Part shown: positions 12,301 to 24,338 of the stretch, in pieces
Layout: the number at the start of each line of letters is the position of its first letter
Position numbering within the stretch: position 1 is the first letter of the stretch
Assembly: GCF_024521635.1 (NCBI RefSeq)
Contig: NW_026250404.1
Span: forward strand, 2,170,001-2,234,000
Length of the DNA stretch: 64,000 nt
From: Tricharina praecox
Lineage: Eukaryota
Direction of reading: 5' to 3'
The notes under the pieces: generated by a model
The model's input: the letters and a program-made list of their open reading frames with translations, nothing else
What the model was told of the DNA's origin: nothing
Databases searched by the model: none
Translations under genes and position numbers: made by a program

Positions 12301-15300
12301 TTACACCGCCTTCTTTCCCTCAGGCGTCTGCTTCTCCGTCCCATGCCCTCTACACACATCGAGCGGGGTTTCTCCCCCAGCATTGAGCACGTTCTTATCT
12401 GCGCCCCGCTCCAACAGCAACCTCACGACCTGAACATGTCCGCCAGCGGCAGCCCAATGTAGCGCTGTATTCCCGCAGGACTCGGCGATCTGAATATCCG
12501 TACCAGCGTCGAGCAGCGTACGGGCAATATCGGCATGGCCGCACTCACACGTCCAATGAAGTGCGACCATTTCCCCACCGGGCACCCTCAAGTTGACGTG
12601 CTTGGACAGCAGCAGCTTGACGATCTCGTGGCGACCGAATCTCGCGGCGCACCTGAGAGGGTTCACGGAATCGTAGTGGGTATCCGGCGCATCGAGGTCA
12701 ACGCCGAGGCCAACGAGGACCCGAGTGGTGGGCTCGTCGCCGAATTCGATTGTGCGGTGGAGTGCGGTCACCGCGTCGATGCCATCGTGTATGAGGTGTT
12801 TTACGATCTTGGGGTGGCCGGGGCGGAGACATGCGGTGAGTAAAGGAGTCCTGCCGCTGTCGTCTTTGAGAAGCTTGTCCGCGCCGTGCGAGATCAGCTC
12901 CCGCACGGTATCTTCGTAATCGCCTGCTCCGTTGGCGGCGTGATGGAGTGCTGTCCGCTTGTCCGTGGAAGAGCTGTTGACGTAGGACTTTTGGTTCTCG
13001 CCTGCCTTCTCGAGGAGATGCACGACGATTTCGGTATGCCCGGCTGCAGCAGCGAAATGCAAGGCATTGCGGCCGTTCTCCTCGTCTCGGGCATCAATGT
13101 AAACTCCCTTCTCTGCTAGAACCTTCACGTTGTCTAGGTCGCCGTTTTCTGCTGAAGATTTCAGGGCCACTTGAGCGTCATGGTCGTTTTGTGCGAGAAG
13201 CCCCATCACGTCCATGTGCTTCTTCACCACTGCCAGCACCGCCGCCCTCTTGCCGTCCTTGTCTTTCGCTTCCTTTAGGTCGTCGGAATCTTTCACCAGG
13301 AGCTTGACGCATTCCATCCGAAGCCACTCCTCCTCGCAGAGACACGCAGCATGGAGCGGAGTTCGATCGAAGTCGTCCCTTGCATCCCGCGAGGCCTTAT
13401 ACCTTAAAAGCAATTTCACCACGCTGCAATTTCCCAAAAACGCACTCTAATGCAACGCCGTACGCTGGTGCCGATCGGCCACATCGACATTCGCGGCTCT
13501 CTGCTCGGGAATGTGCCGAACGATCCCTTGTACACCGCCCATAGCCGCACAGTGCAGTGCTGTCAACTCGTCTCGCCCGCGCAGCATGATGTCGGCCTTT
13601 CTTCTCAAGAGCTCCGTCGCCTGCTTGCGTTTCCCCTTGAGGCATGCATACATCAGGCAAGTATAACCCATGGTGTCCTAGGCGTTAACATCCGCACCAG
13701 TATCTAGCAATGAACTGAGCAACAGCGGTCAGCAGCCATCGGAGAGCTCAACAAGTCACGGCTATGGATATTTGTACGTACCTGATTAAAGCTTCATTGT
13801 CCCGCCCCGGAATGTTCGCAGCATAGTGCAGTGGAGTAAATCCCAACAGATTTCTCTCGTCCAGGAACCTCGGATTTTCCACCTTGGTGAACTTGCCGGA
13901 AATAACGTCTTGGTGCAATGGCGTATAACCTAGGTACATCGCGATCTCTACATCATCTAGCTGTGTTCTGTCATTGGTGCCTGGCAGCAGGTCTTCGAGC
14001 CCTCCCATCCGGTCTTGATTCTCGTAAAGCACATGGAGGTAGGTCATAGTCTTTTCATCAACTTTTTCCAGCTGTGCTTTCAAGTCGTCTTTCAGACTGA
14101 CTAACGCTGTGGCATCTCGAAGTTTTTTGGTGTTGGGTTCGGTCGCGAGGACGAGGGTTCGGTAGTACTCTATATCAACGAATTTCGTCAGAATGTGATG
14201 CCCTGGCCTCATGTATGCTTTATAATCTTCATACCTACAACCGCGGCGACAGCCTTAAAGCTGAAAGGGCATAAAGCGCCCTCGGGGCTTTCATGAAACG
14301 TGGAAGCGAAGCGGAGCAACTCTATATATACCGTGCTGAGCTCTGGCAGGGTACTATCCGCCTCGCGGACCTTCATCGTCTGAATGATTGAGTCCACAGC
14401 AGCGGCGGCTGGTAGATTGTTTGCCATGCTGAGGGGCGGTATGATGCACAGATATCCTTCTTCAAGAGTTCCCAGCCCAGACTTTTGCACCGCGCGAGCC
14501 ATCTTTTCGAGCGTATCGTGGTCGATTGCAATGGAGCTCCATGCAGTGGGATTGTTGAACATATCCAGTTGCCGGGCATTGGCTTGGTTTTCGATTCTAG
14601 ACACTTTTCGAGAGATTGCCCACATGAACGAGGACAGCAGCTGCTGCCCACATGAGATCTCGAGGCTGTTGTCCGTCATGACAGCTAAAGAACCTGTGGC
14701 TGTTGCACTGGCCTCGATTTCATCAAAGGCCACTTTTTCTGCATTGTAATTCAGGACAATTGGCTCGGTCGCACCATCACCGCTGGTGTTGGAAACGTTG
14801 GAGAATCCTGTGATCTTAGTATACGGTGTTTGTGTGTGTGGGGGGGTCCAGTGGCGGTTATCGCTACCGTTCCTGGACTCGGGCCGAAGTGGTTAACCAG
14901 TGTAGATGATGCTACTGGTGTGATACTGTTGATTCGCAAGAGAGTCGATCTGCGCGGTGTCCACCACTTGAGGTCGCGAAGAAGACACGGCGTATACGGG
15001 CCTAGGAACTGTGGATTCTGCCGCTGCAATGCCGTTTCTCCGTGTCTCAGCCAGTCCTCCTCGGAGTCCTCGGGATCTAAATTCTGCGTCACCATAAAAT
15101 TGTTTCGATTCCACGAATTCCGCTCCGTCTCGCGGGTGTGGTATATCCAAAGTGAGAGTGCGGCCTCGATCTCGGCCGCATTTGCTGCCCATGGCTTCGT
15201 TACGCTGGATCTTTTGACCGTAAATTCGATTCGCTCGTTCCTATCGCCTAATTGCACATTTACCGACTATGTGAATACGGTAGCTCCCTCCTCACTGAAG

Positions 15301-15614
15301 TTAAGCAGGTTCATAGCTTCGTCGATGGAAGATGCGACGGAGACGGCGAGCTCAGAAGTCAGACCTGTCCACTTGCTGAGCTTCCCCAATCTCATACGAA
15401 GCTTGACGAGATTCTGTGATGGATTCATCGGGTCTGTCGAGGACGTTGGTCCCCACTGACCATCCGCCCTAGCATTTTCTCCTGTGAGGATTCCCCACGC
15501 CCAGGGGTATTCTAGGGAATCGTCGCTCAAGAGGGTTTTGTTTGATTGCAGAAGTTCGTGCACGGCAATGTTCTGCCAGAACGTTTTTCGGTTCTTACCT
15601 ATTCCCCCCCCCAC
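12301..15614 (-). pseudogene. Disrupted ankyrin-repeat protein gene (fungal-type N-terminal region plus many ankyrin repeats)
   Basis: Repeated TPLH/TALH..A...G motifs. Introns 14234-14170 and 13781-13715. In-frame TAG stops at 15267-15269, 13678-13680 and 13447-13449. Frame change between about 14890 and 14750. No convincing 5' end. Confidence 0.8.
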
Positions 15615-16107
15615 TGGAATGAAGCCACGCCGTGCATGTTGTCGAATTCATACTTTGTATGCACGAATTCTGGTCAAGTGGGATTTGCTTGAGGCTTGTT
15701 TCTTCGTAGTGTGATTCTGCCGTACCTCCACGCTCATTGAGATTTTGAGAATACCCGCTGCATCCGCAAAAAAGGTGACATCGTCCGCTCTTTTCTAGTC
15801 CTTCCCGCTACTGTCACTCGGGTTTGGCAAATTCAAAATCACAGTAACACAGCGATTTGCCGGCGACACCCGAAGGCATCCTCACATATCACGATTCCGT
15901 CCGCAGAAGCAGATAGGTAAATCATGAAGAGTGGCCGTCACCAAGTGGTGCCGTAGAGGGGTTCGTTTTGCACATAAATACAGGCAATGATCCCAGCAAG
16001 GAAAAAAAATCAAACCAGAACACCCAGCGTCATCCCAGCAGCACCTTGATAGAAACACATGCTTTTATTATGCGCCGTTCCCCCCAAATCCCCCTTCAAT
16101 GGCAAGT

Positions 16108-16832
16108 TTACCGGACGGTGGCATCGTACTTGGCCTTGAACCACTTAACAGTGTCGGCGGACGAGATCTTGTGCGAGTGACCGACGCGAGACTGGCAGCG
16201 TCTGCGCTTGGCAACACGGAGACCAGGGCGGGACCTAATCAACATCATCAGCAATCGTCCAACACACACTTTCACCTGGTGGGGCTCTGGAAACGCACAT
16301 GATGACGTAGAAGTCCATTCCGTAAATTCCGATACCAGGGTCGTACTTGATTCCGAGATCGATGTGCTCAGAGATACCGAAACCGAAGTTACCGGTTGCA
16401 GAGAAGTTGCGCTTGCGCAGCTCGTACTCCTTGACCTTGAGACCACGCTCCAAGATCTCCTCAGCCTTGGGACCACGGATGGTGACGTGGACGGCGATCT
16501 TCTCGTTACGACGGATACCGAAGGTACGGACGGTGTAACGGGCCTTCGAGTAGACGGGAGTCTGACCAGAAAGCTGCTCCAACACCTTGGCGGCACGGGT
16601 AAGTCTGTCACCAGACTCTCCGACGGAGATGTTGAGAACGAGCTTCTCGATGCGGAGCTCCCTCATGGGGTTCGCCTCCTTCGATTGAGTCTGAGTCTCG
16701 GCCTTTTTGTCCCCGCATAGTCAGTTTATCCGTTGCCTTCTCGTTTCTGAAACCGGCGTCGTCGGATTTATCTCAATAGCAGAGAAACGAATCTCCGACG
16801 AACAGAACGGATAGATTTTCGGAACTGACCAT
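16108..16832 (-). CDS. RPL11: 60S ribosomal protein L11 (uL5); ATG-only first exon (16832-16830), intron 16829-16703, second intron about 16298-16235
   Basis: [64 protein letters not shown]...[23 protein letters not shown]. Confidence 0.98.
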
Positions 16833-17034
16833 TGTTGAATCTGGGTATGCCTGCCGGTGCCGGGGAATTCGGTGTGTTGGGTGTCGGTCGGTAGGGTTGG
16901 GCGTCGTGGGGGGTTGTCGTACCGTCTTTCGCTGTGGATCCAAAGCGCCTTGTTGGATTTGCGGAACTTCGCGATAGTGCGGAAATTCTGTGTGCGTGGG
17001 CATAAACATCAGTCACTGTCAGCAGAACCAGGGC

Positions 17035-17080
17035 TTAGGGCCAGGTGAGTCCCGCTGAGCCGCAATCGCGAGCTGACTCA
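17035..17080. promoter_or_regulatory. Candidate motifs in the RPL11/SMB1 bidirectional promoter: TTAGGGC (GCCCTAA) and TGACTCA
   Basis: TTAGGGC at 17035-17041 resembles the Tbf1-type ribosomal-protein promoter motif. TGACTCA at 17074-17080 is a Gcn4/CpcA/AP-1 consensus. Confidence 0.4.
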
Positions 17081-17263
17081 TTTCTCATCTAATTAGTCGT
17101 GTGATTACGAGCTAGCGCGAAACACGAAGCAACCTTCTTCGCCAACAGCACAGCACCCCAACCTCACGCCTTCAACGCTCCGCACCATCATCCGTTGGAC
17201 GGCGATAATTCTCGATACCCCACCCCACCTACACGAACTCAGGGCTATTACCAAGCTACAATC

Positions 17264-18082
17264 ATGTCGAAGCAACAAGGGAAAATGGTGAGTTTCTGCT
17301 GCTGCCCCCAGGAAGATATCTTTCGTTGACAAGAGCTGCAAGATGCTGATACACCCTTCCGCAGGCCAACCTCGTAAGCGCGCCCACCGACCAATGCTGT
17401 CGCGATAGAACGAACTCCAGCTGATGAATTGGATAGATCAACTACCGGATGAGGGTCACCATGGCCGACGGCCGTCAGCTCACTGGCACCTTGCTGGCAT
17501 TCGATAAGGTACAAGCCACCCACACCTAATTATCATATAACCAATGCTAACATTGTCCCTTAGCACATGAACGTCGTTCTCGCCGACACCGAAGAGTTCC
17601 GCCGTATCAAGCGTAAGCCCGCCAAAGCCGCCGCCTCGCAGGCCCCTACCATCTCGGAAGAAAAGCGTACCCTCGGTCTCATCATCCTGCGCGGTCTGCA
17701 TATCGTCTCTCTGTCCGTCGAGGGCCCGCCGCCCGCCGACCCGTCGACACGTCTCGGAGCCACCCCGACCGGCGGCCCTGTTGGAGGAGCTGGTCCTGGT
17801 ATTGCTAGACCTGCCGGTCGTGGTTTGCCCATAATCGGTATGGGAGGACCGCCACCACCCGGAGGACCTGGTGGGATTCCTGGTCAGATGGCTGGATTGC
17901 AGGGCCCGATGAGGAGTGTTGGACTTGGACAAGGCCCCCCTGGTGGTCCCCCTGGCCCTCCTGGCGGGTTCCCTGGTGCTCCCCCTGGCTTCGGTGCTGC
18001 CCCGCCTGGTTACCAGCCGCCTCCTGGGTTTGGTGCTGGTAGAGGCTTCCCGCCGCCACCCCCCGGTTACCAAGGACGGTAA
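17264..18082 (+). CDS. SMB1: Spliceosomal Sm protein B; exons 17264-17287, 17365-17373, 17437-17508, 17564-18082
   Basis: Spliced: [49 protein letters not shown]...[24 protein letters not shown], followed by a Pro/Gly-rich tail. Confidence 0.96.
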
Positions 18083-19229
18083 ACGGTGAATGTTTTGTTT
18101 GTGATTTGAGAGCACAGTATGGTTGCAATAACAAGACGCGCCTTGTTTAAAAAGTAGGTACTGCAAGTGACACATGTACGTAGGGCGATTAATACTGTGG
18201 GTTGAGAGTGTGCTACGAACAATCATCCATACACTGTCATCCAATGCGGCAGTATCTTGGATAACAGCAACGAGGGTATATGCTTTGGATGTATCGTGAG
18301 ATGAACCACCACAATATCCCACTTCCGAGCACGCAGCAAAATGGAACCGAAGACTGCACGCTGCCCCACATATAGAAGCGACGCTGCATATCTGCATTCA
18401 ACGAGAAGCAGAGGGGCTGCTGACAGTGTAAAACTTCCCTCCTACCCACCAGTCCACGCATCAGTTCTTTTCATTTGCAAAAAAAATCGAATCACTTGAA
18501 CATGCACACACACATCCAGCCAACCGCGCAATAATCACGAGCAATATCTAGACATCTCCTAAACCCCAGGTTCGCGAGACCGTACCCAGAAAGAACGGGT
18601 TTTCTCGGGATGAGATGTTACAACCAATGAGGGGCACCTACTCAAACCTTGCTCACAATAACGGGGGACCTTAAACTCTCGGATGCCAGTGTTGAGGCTG
18701 TGTTCAAGGCTTGCCTTTCCGCACCTATCAGAGCTGAGTTTGGAAAGATGAGTGTTGTGGGCCAGGGAGAATTCGGCGGGGCTTTGCCACGACTATTCCC
18801 GAGTCGGTTCCCCCCAACTATGCTCCTCTAGCGGTACGAAACGCTTCATGAGGTTATTGCGCAGACTGGGGATCGTAATAAAGTTGGGCCAGTCTTCAAG
18901 CGGGAAGTCTTGATTGGTTCAAGTGATATTTGGTTTGCAGTTCAGGTTGCCTTCTTTTTAGTTTCCTCCGTACACTGCACTGAGTTTGAGCTTGGAATTT
19001 GGTCCCGTACAATCAATTCGGGGGGTCGATGCCATGATCGAAGCCAACAGTGAGACATGCGACACGTGACATAGAATTTATTTTCCTCTAACTGCTTACT
19101 GACTAACCCGGCATCATACCGCCGCCTGCAAAACCCTCCACCAAAAAAGCAGGCGTCCGTCAAAACCGAAGACAACACCATGAGCCCACCATCACCAGGT
19201 CTTCACGAAACATAATACATCACACTCTC

Positions 19230-20804
19230 ATGAGCCGTTGTCGACTCCCGCTTCGGTGCTGTCACCCAGTCGCCGCCGCTCGCCAATCCGCCCCACCACC
19301 ATCCCTCCCGTTCCTCTACCAAACTCGCTCGATCTACAGCCCCGCCAACAGCAACAATAAGAGCACTAGAAGAGGAGGCGGAGGATGGAACGGCGATGGT
19401 GGTAGAGATAGCATGGTTGGCGAAGATATACCATTCGAAAACGCATCACTAAATGTAGAGGACTCATCGGATCCTTTCGCATATCTCTACACCCCACCAC
19501 CAAAGCCAATTGACCGACGTCCGCCACCCCCGATCTTCGCCGCAGCTCCACGGACAAAGCGACCTCACCACGACGCCGAGTTCCCACGGTCTTCAATCAC
19601 CCTTCGAGAGCGCGAAATCTTCACCCGTATCTTCGAGAGCATCCTCAACACTCCATCAGCATCCAACCGAACCTCTCCTCTCGCAAAATCCTTCGATGCC
19701 ACGCCACGAGCCCGTGGACTCCCGCCGCCGCCGGCGCTGACCGATCTTTTTACGAGCACCATCGGCCCGCAGAGCACGGGGGGAAATCTCAGTTTTGCGC
19801 CACAGCAGCTGGCAAGTCAGCGTGAAGGAGCAACCGCAGCCATGGCATTAGTCTCTACATTCGCCTCATACCCACCCTCGTTGCGTGCTGCTGCAGCACG
19901 CGCAGCAGGTCTCAAAGACTGGGCGACGGTGCAGAAACTCGAGGCACAGATCGATGTCGAAGCCCTCGAAGCAAAGAAACGGAGTCTCCGCGCTTGCTTC
20001 AGCGATGTCAAAGTCCTACAATGGATGGAAACACATGTTTACCCATTACCTAACGACCACTCTGCTCCCGAAGCGTCATTCTACGCAGAGCTCTTGGCTG
20101 AGGCTATGGATATCTTCCGGCGGGACTACAACGACCTCGGCAGCGTGGTAGCCGTCTTCGAGCGCGCGAAATCCCTCGGCGCAGAGTCCTACGTCCTTGG
20201 TTGTACCAGTGCGGTCTATAACCGCACACTCGCCGCAGTGTGGGATGGCTTCGGCGATATCATGCGTGTGCGTGATCTCGTCGAGGAGATGACTGTCAAC
20301 GCCGTTGGTGGAGACGTCCATACCGCCGAGATCCTCAAGAAGATCTGCGATAACGTCGATTCTACCTTCTCTGGGGAGAAGGGCGAGCTGGCCGCTATGA
20401 TGGTCGGACGACAGGAGATGGAATGCGTGGACTACCTGCGGAAGAGGGCCAGGAGACTCGAGGTTAACGGAACCCTCGACAAGCCGCCGGAGATCCAGGC
20501 TAGAGAGCGTGAGGAACGAGAGGCTGCCGCTCTGGAGAAGGGGGCGAAAACTAGGACTGCTAGAATGATGTCTGCGCTCAAGGGGCGGAGTGCTGTGAAG
20601 AGGCTGGATGTAGGTCCCGGACGGAGTGCGGCGGGTGCGGGACGGGGTGCGGGTCGAGATGATAGGCAGCAGGAGGGACGTAGAGTAGAGGGGAGGCGAG
20701 GACTCACCGGAAGGAAACCGAATTTCCCCGGCCGCGCTTCGGCGTCAGATATTCGGACAAGACAAGATGCTAGTAAAATATGGAACAGAGGAAAGGAGGA
20801 GTAG
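19230..20804 (+). CDS. MTF2: Mitochondrial Mtf2-like protein
   Basis: 524-aa ORF with an Arg-rich presequence-like N-terminus, REREIFTRIFESI, and C-terminal FERAKSLGAESYVLGCTSAVYN...W...EMTVNAVGGD motif typical of the Mtf2 family (from recall). Confidence 0.7.
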   Translation: MSRCRLPLRCCHPVAAARQSAPPPSLPFLYQTRSIYSPANSNNKSTRRGGGGWNGDGGRDSMVGEDIPFENASLNVEDSSDPFAYLYTPPPKPIDRRPPPPIFAAAPRTKRPHHDAEFPRSSITLREREIFTRIFESILNTPSASNRTSPLAKSFDATPRARGLPPPPALTDLFTSTIGPQSTGGNLSFAPQQLASQREGATAAMALVSTFASYPPSLRAAAARAAGLKDWATVQKLEAQIDVEALEAKKRSLRACFSDVKVLQWMETHVYPLPNDHSAPEASFYAELLAEAMDIFRRDYNDLGSVVAVFERAKSLGAESYVLGCTSAVYNRTLAAVWDGFGDIMRVRDLVEEMTVNAVGGDVHTAEILKKICDNVDSTFSGEKGELAAMMVGRQEMECVDYLRKRARRLEVNGTLDKPPEIQAREREEREAAALEKGAKTRTARMMSALKGRSAVKRLDVGPGRSAAGAGRGAGRDDRQQEGRRVEGRRGLTGRKPNFPGRASASDIRTRQDASKIWNRGKEE

Positions 20805-21229
20805 GGGGCAGCGATATGCTAGATTTTTTTCCCGCTATACTTGCTTACTTGCCTGTTTGCTTGATTTGCATTTCGGGATTTGGTGCTATAGATTGTGTGT
20901 ATAAAAGCTGGGTTGGGTTTGGGATGCCGATTGCCTGTGGGTAGGAGATGGATGGGAATGGTATTGTACGATATGATTCAACGATGGTGAATGGACAGAT
21001 TGCTTTCATGAAAGGGAAACGTTTCACGATGGATATACGGTGACAATGCGGGATATCAACTTCATTTGTTTTTTGTGTGGAACCGCCAGATAAATTTGGA
21101 TGATGCAAAACCGTCGCCGACCTCCCTTGCCGCACCGCTGTCCCGTCTAGTCTAAAATCTAGAAGTACAACAGCTTCACCTCTCCGTACCCCAACGCATG
21201 CATGTAGATTTCCATCCGCGAGCGAGCAT

Positions 21230-21988
<759 letters not shown>

Positions 21989-22944
21989 TGTGTCTGCTGT
22001 GGTGGCCGTAAGGTTGACGTCGATGGTGGAGGTGAGGGCGTGTGGTGGTGGAGGTGTTGGGGTCTGGTGGGTTGCTTGGTGGCTGCACCTTGCGGCTAAG
22101 AAGGTTGCTTATAATACTCGACTGCTATTGGCCACACCCGTTTACCGCGAGGAAGAAAAGTTGTGACGACGTTAACCGCAAACACGAAATAATACCAAAC
22201 AATCCGAGATCAAGTAAGACGAGACGGGAAGTCACTTGATCCATTTAATCCCGTGACAATATTAGGAAGCAGTAAGTTAGTCGCGAAAATTGTTGTCATG
22301 GACAGCAGTGAATAAGCATACGGCCAAGCAGTTTACACAGCGGATCGATGAAGGGAACACAACTTGATTCTTGGCCACTCCTTCACTTGGAGAACTGTGG
22401 CACTCTACCTTCCACGGAGCTTTGAAATGTCCAGTTGGATAAGTATGTAGGGGCCAGTACAGACCTAAGATTCAGGAGTTGAATTGGAGTTCAAATGACA
22501 ATACATTTTCCTCCCGGCAGTCGGAAAGAGCTTCTGCCACGAGAGATTCCCGAGTGAAGCTGCAAGTCCTAGTGTGTGGCACCTGGTGATGCTTCGTGAA
22601 GAAGCGGTGGCCGACGAAAGGGATAGCGGGGATAGCGAAGGCAGAGCCGCACGGCCGAGACAGCAAGAAACAGAGCAAAACCGGAACCAACGGGAAGATA
22701 GAAGTATTATTTGGAATTTAGAGTTCTCAAATCAGACCCATCGTATTTCCAGAAGATTGAAGGATTCCATACATTTTTCTGGTGGCGGTGTCAGCATCGG
22801 CACCCTCGGGTCTCAAATCTTTCCCGGCGCACCAACTTCTGCTGGGAACTCAAATCGTCACCGATCATATCCAACATCCACCCACCACCACCAGTTCAAC
22901 CCCACCACCGCTCCGCCCATCAACAAATCACCCACCTACACGCA

Positions 22945-23610
22945 ATGTTCAGAACGGTTGTCCTCCGCGCGTCCCGCGCCATTCGCCCCGCTGCCATCCA
23001 CCCCATGGCTCTTCCCCGACTTGCCGCTGTCGCCCCGGCGAAGACCGCCTACCCCATGGGTGTCCGCTACTACTCCGCCCCGGCTTCGCTGTCAAAGGAG
23101 GAGGTCGAGGGAAGAATAAAGGACCTTTTGAAGGGCTTCGACAAGGTGGGTTTCCATGGCCGCTTTGGGCAGGACAGGATCATAGACTGACGAGTGGCGA
23201 TTGTAGGTTACCGACGAGGCCAAGGTTCGTAGATTGTTTTCGGCCAAACACGCAGGCAGCTGCGGCGGGTATTGATGTTGATTGCTGGCGGCAGGTTACC
23301 GGCAATGCCCACTTCTCCAAGGATCTCGGTCTGGACAGTCTGGACACTGTTGAGGTTGTGATGGCCATCGAGGAGGTATGTGTATAATGGCTTCAGCGGA
23401 GCGGAGTGAGGCGGTGAGGAGCTCAATATTGACTTTTTCGTAGGAGTTCAGCATTGAGATCCCCGACAAGGACGCCGACAACATCCACAGCGTCGAGCAA
23501 GCTGTCAAGTACATCCTGTCGCAGCCTGATGGTCAGTTTCCCGACTCTTGATTCCGTACCGGGAACGGTGTGGCTAACATTTCTTCCTTCTTTCTTTGCC
23601 AGCCCACTAA
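22945..23610 (+). CDS. ACP1: Mitochondrial acyl carrier protein (complex I NDUFAB1/ACP), 5 exons
   Basis: Presequence MFRTVVLRASRA..., then [30 protein letters not shown] with the phosphopantetheine Ser in DSL. Canonical splice sites. Confidence 0.96.
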
Positions 23611-24338
23611 TTGCATCGTCCATTGTCGGGATTACGGGATGTATGCGTGCCACACATAGAGGGGAAAATGGTTGGGTGGGGAAAATAACTTGTATTCCAG
23701 CAACTTGTATATGATCTGTGAAACGCCGGCGATGTTGCTGCTCTGCTCTGCTTGTCTCAGACGTATATGCATGGTCAAATATCGTGGTGATCGTATTTGT
23801 ATCAACGCTCTCTCTTTCTCCCCAATCAAACCGAATTCCGACTTGGTGGAGATCAAGCCCCCCCCACGTGTGTGAAATACATGGGCTCATCAGGTACTTC
23901 TTACCGGTGGACGCCAGACACCTGAATGCCTGAATGCGCTGCACCACTCAGCCACGCACCCAGCCGTTCACTCCCGAAGCCAGCTGACTGGCCAGACATC
24001 GCCCCTTCGTTGGAGTTGGACACCTTTAAAGCTAACCTTCTTTTTTACGATCTCCATCAACCTACAACAACGCTCACGTTGATCGACGAGAGAAAGAGAG
24101 AAGAAAAGAGAGAGCGACATCCGGAGTTACTAGCACTGGGTTCCGCGCGTCTACCCAGGTATAAACTGTTCAATTCTCCTAGCGAGAGTACCTAGCAACC
24201 GCACCCAAGCACCTCAACCAAGAACACCACCAACGCCTCTACTCTATCTACCCCTAGCTTCACGCCTCAACCGCAACAACCCACCACCTAACACCACAAC
24301 CCTCGCACAACCCTCACTACACACGCACCCTTCACGAG

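Noticed and set aside
18540..18950. Possible RNase P/MRP RNA (GGGAGAATTCGGCG resembles CR-I)
   Set aside because: No matching 3' P4/CR-V strand found; an Infernal scan would be needed.
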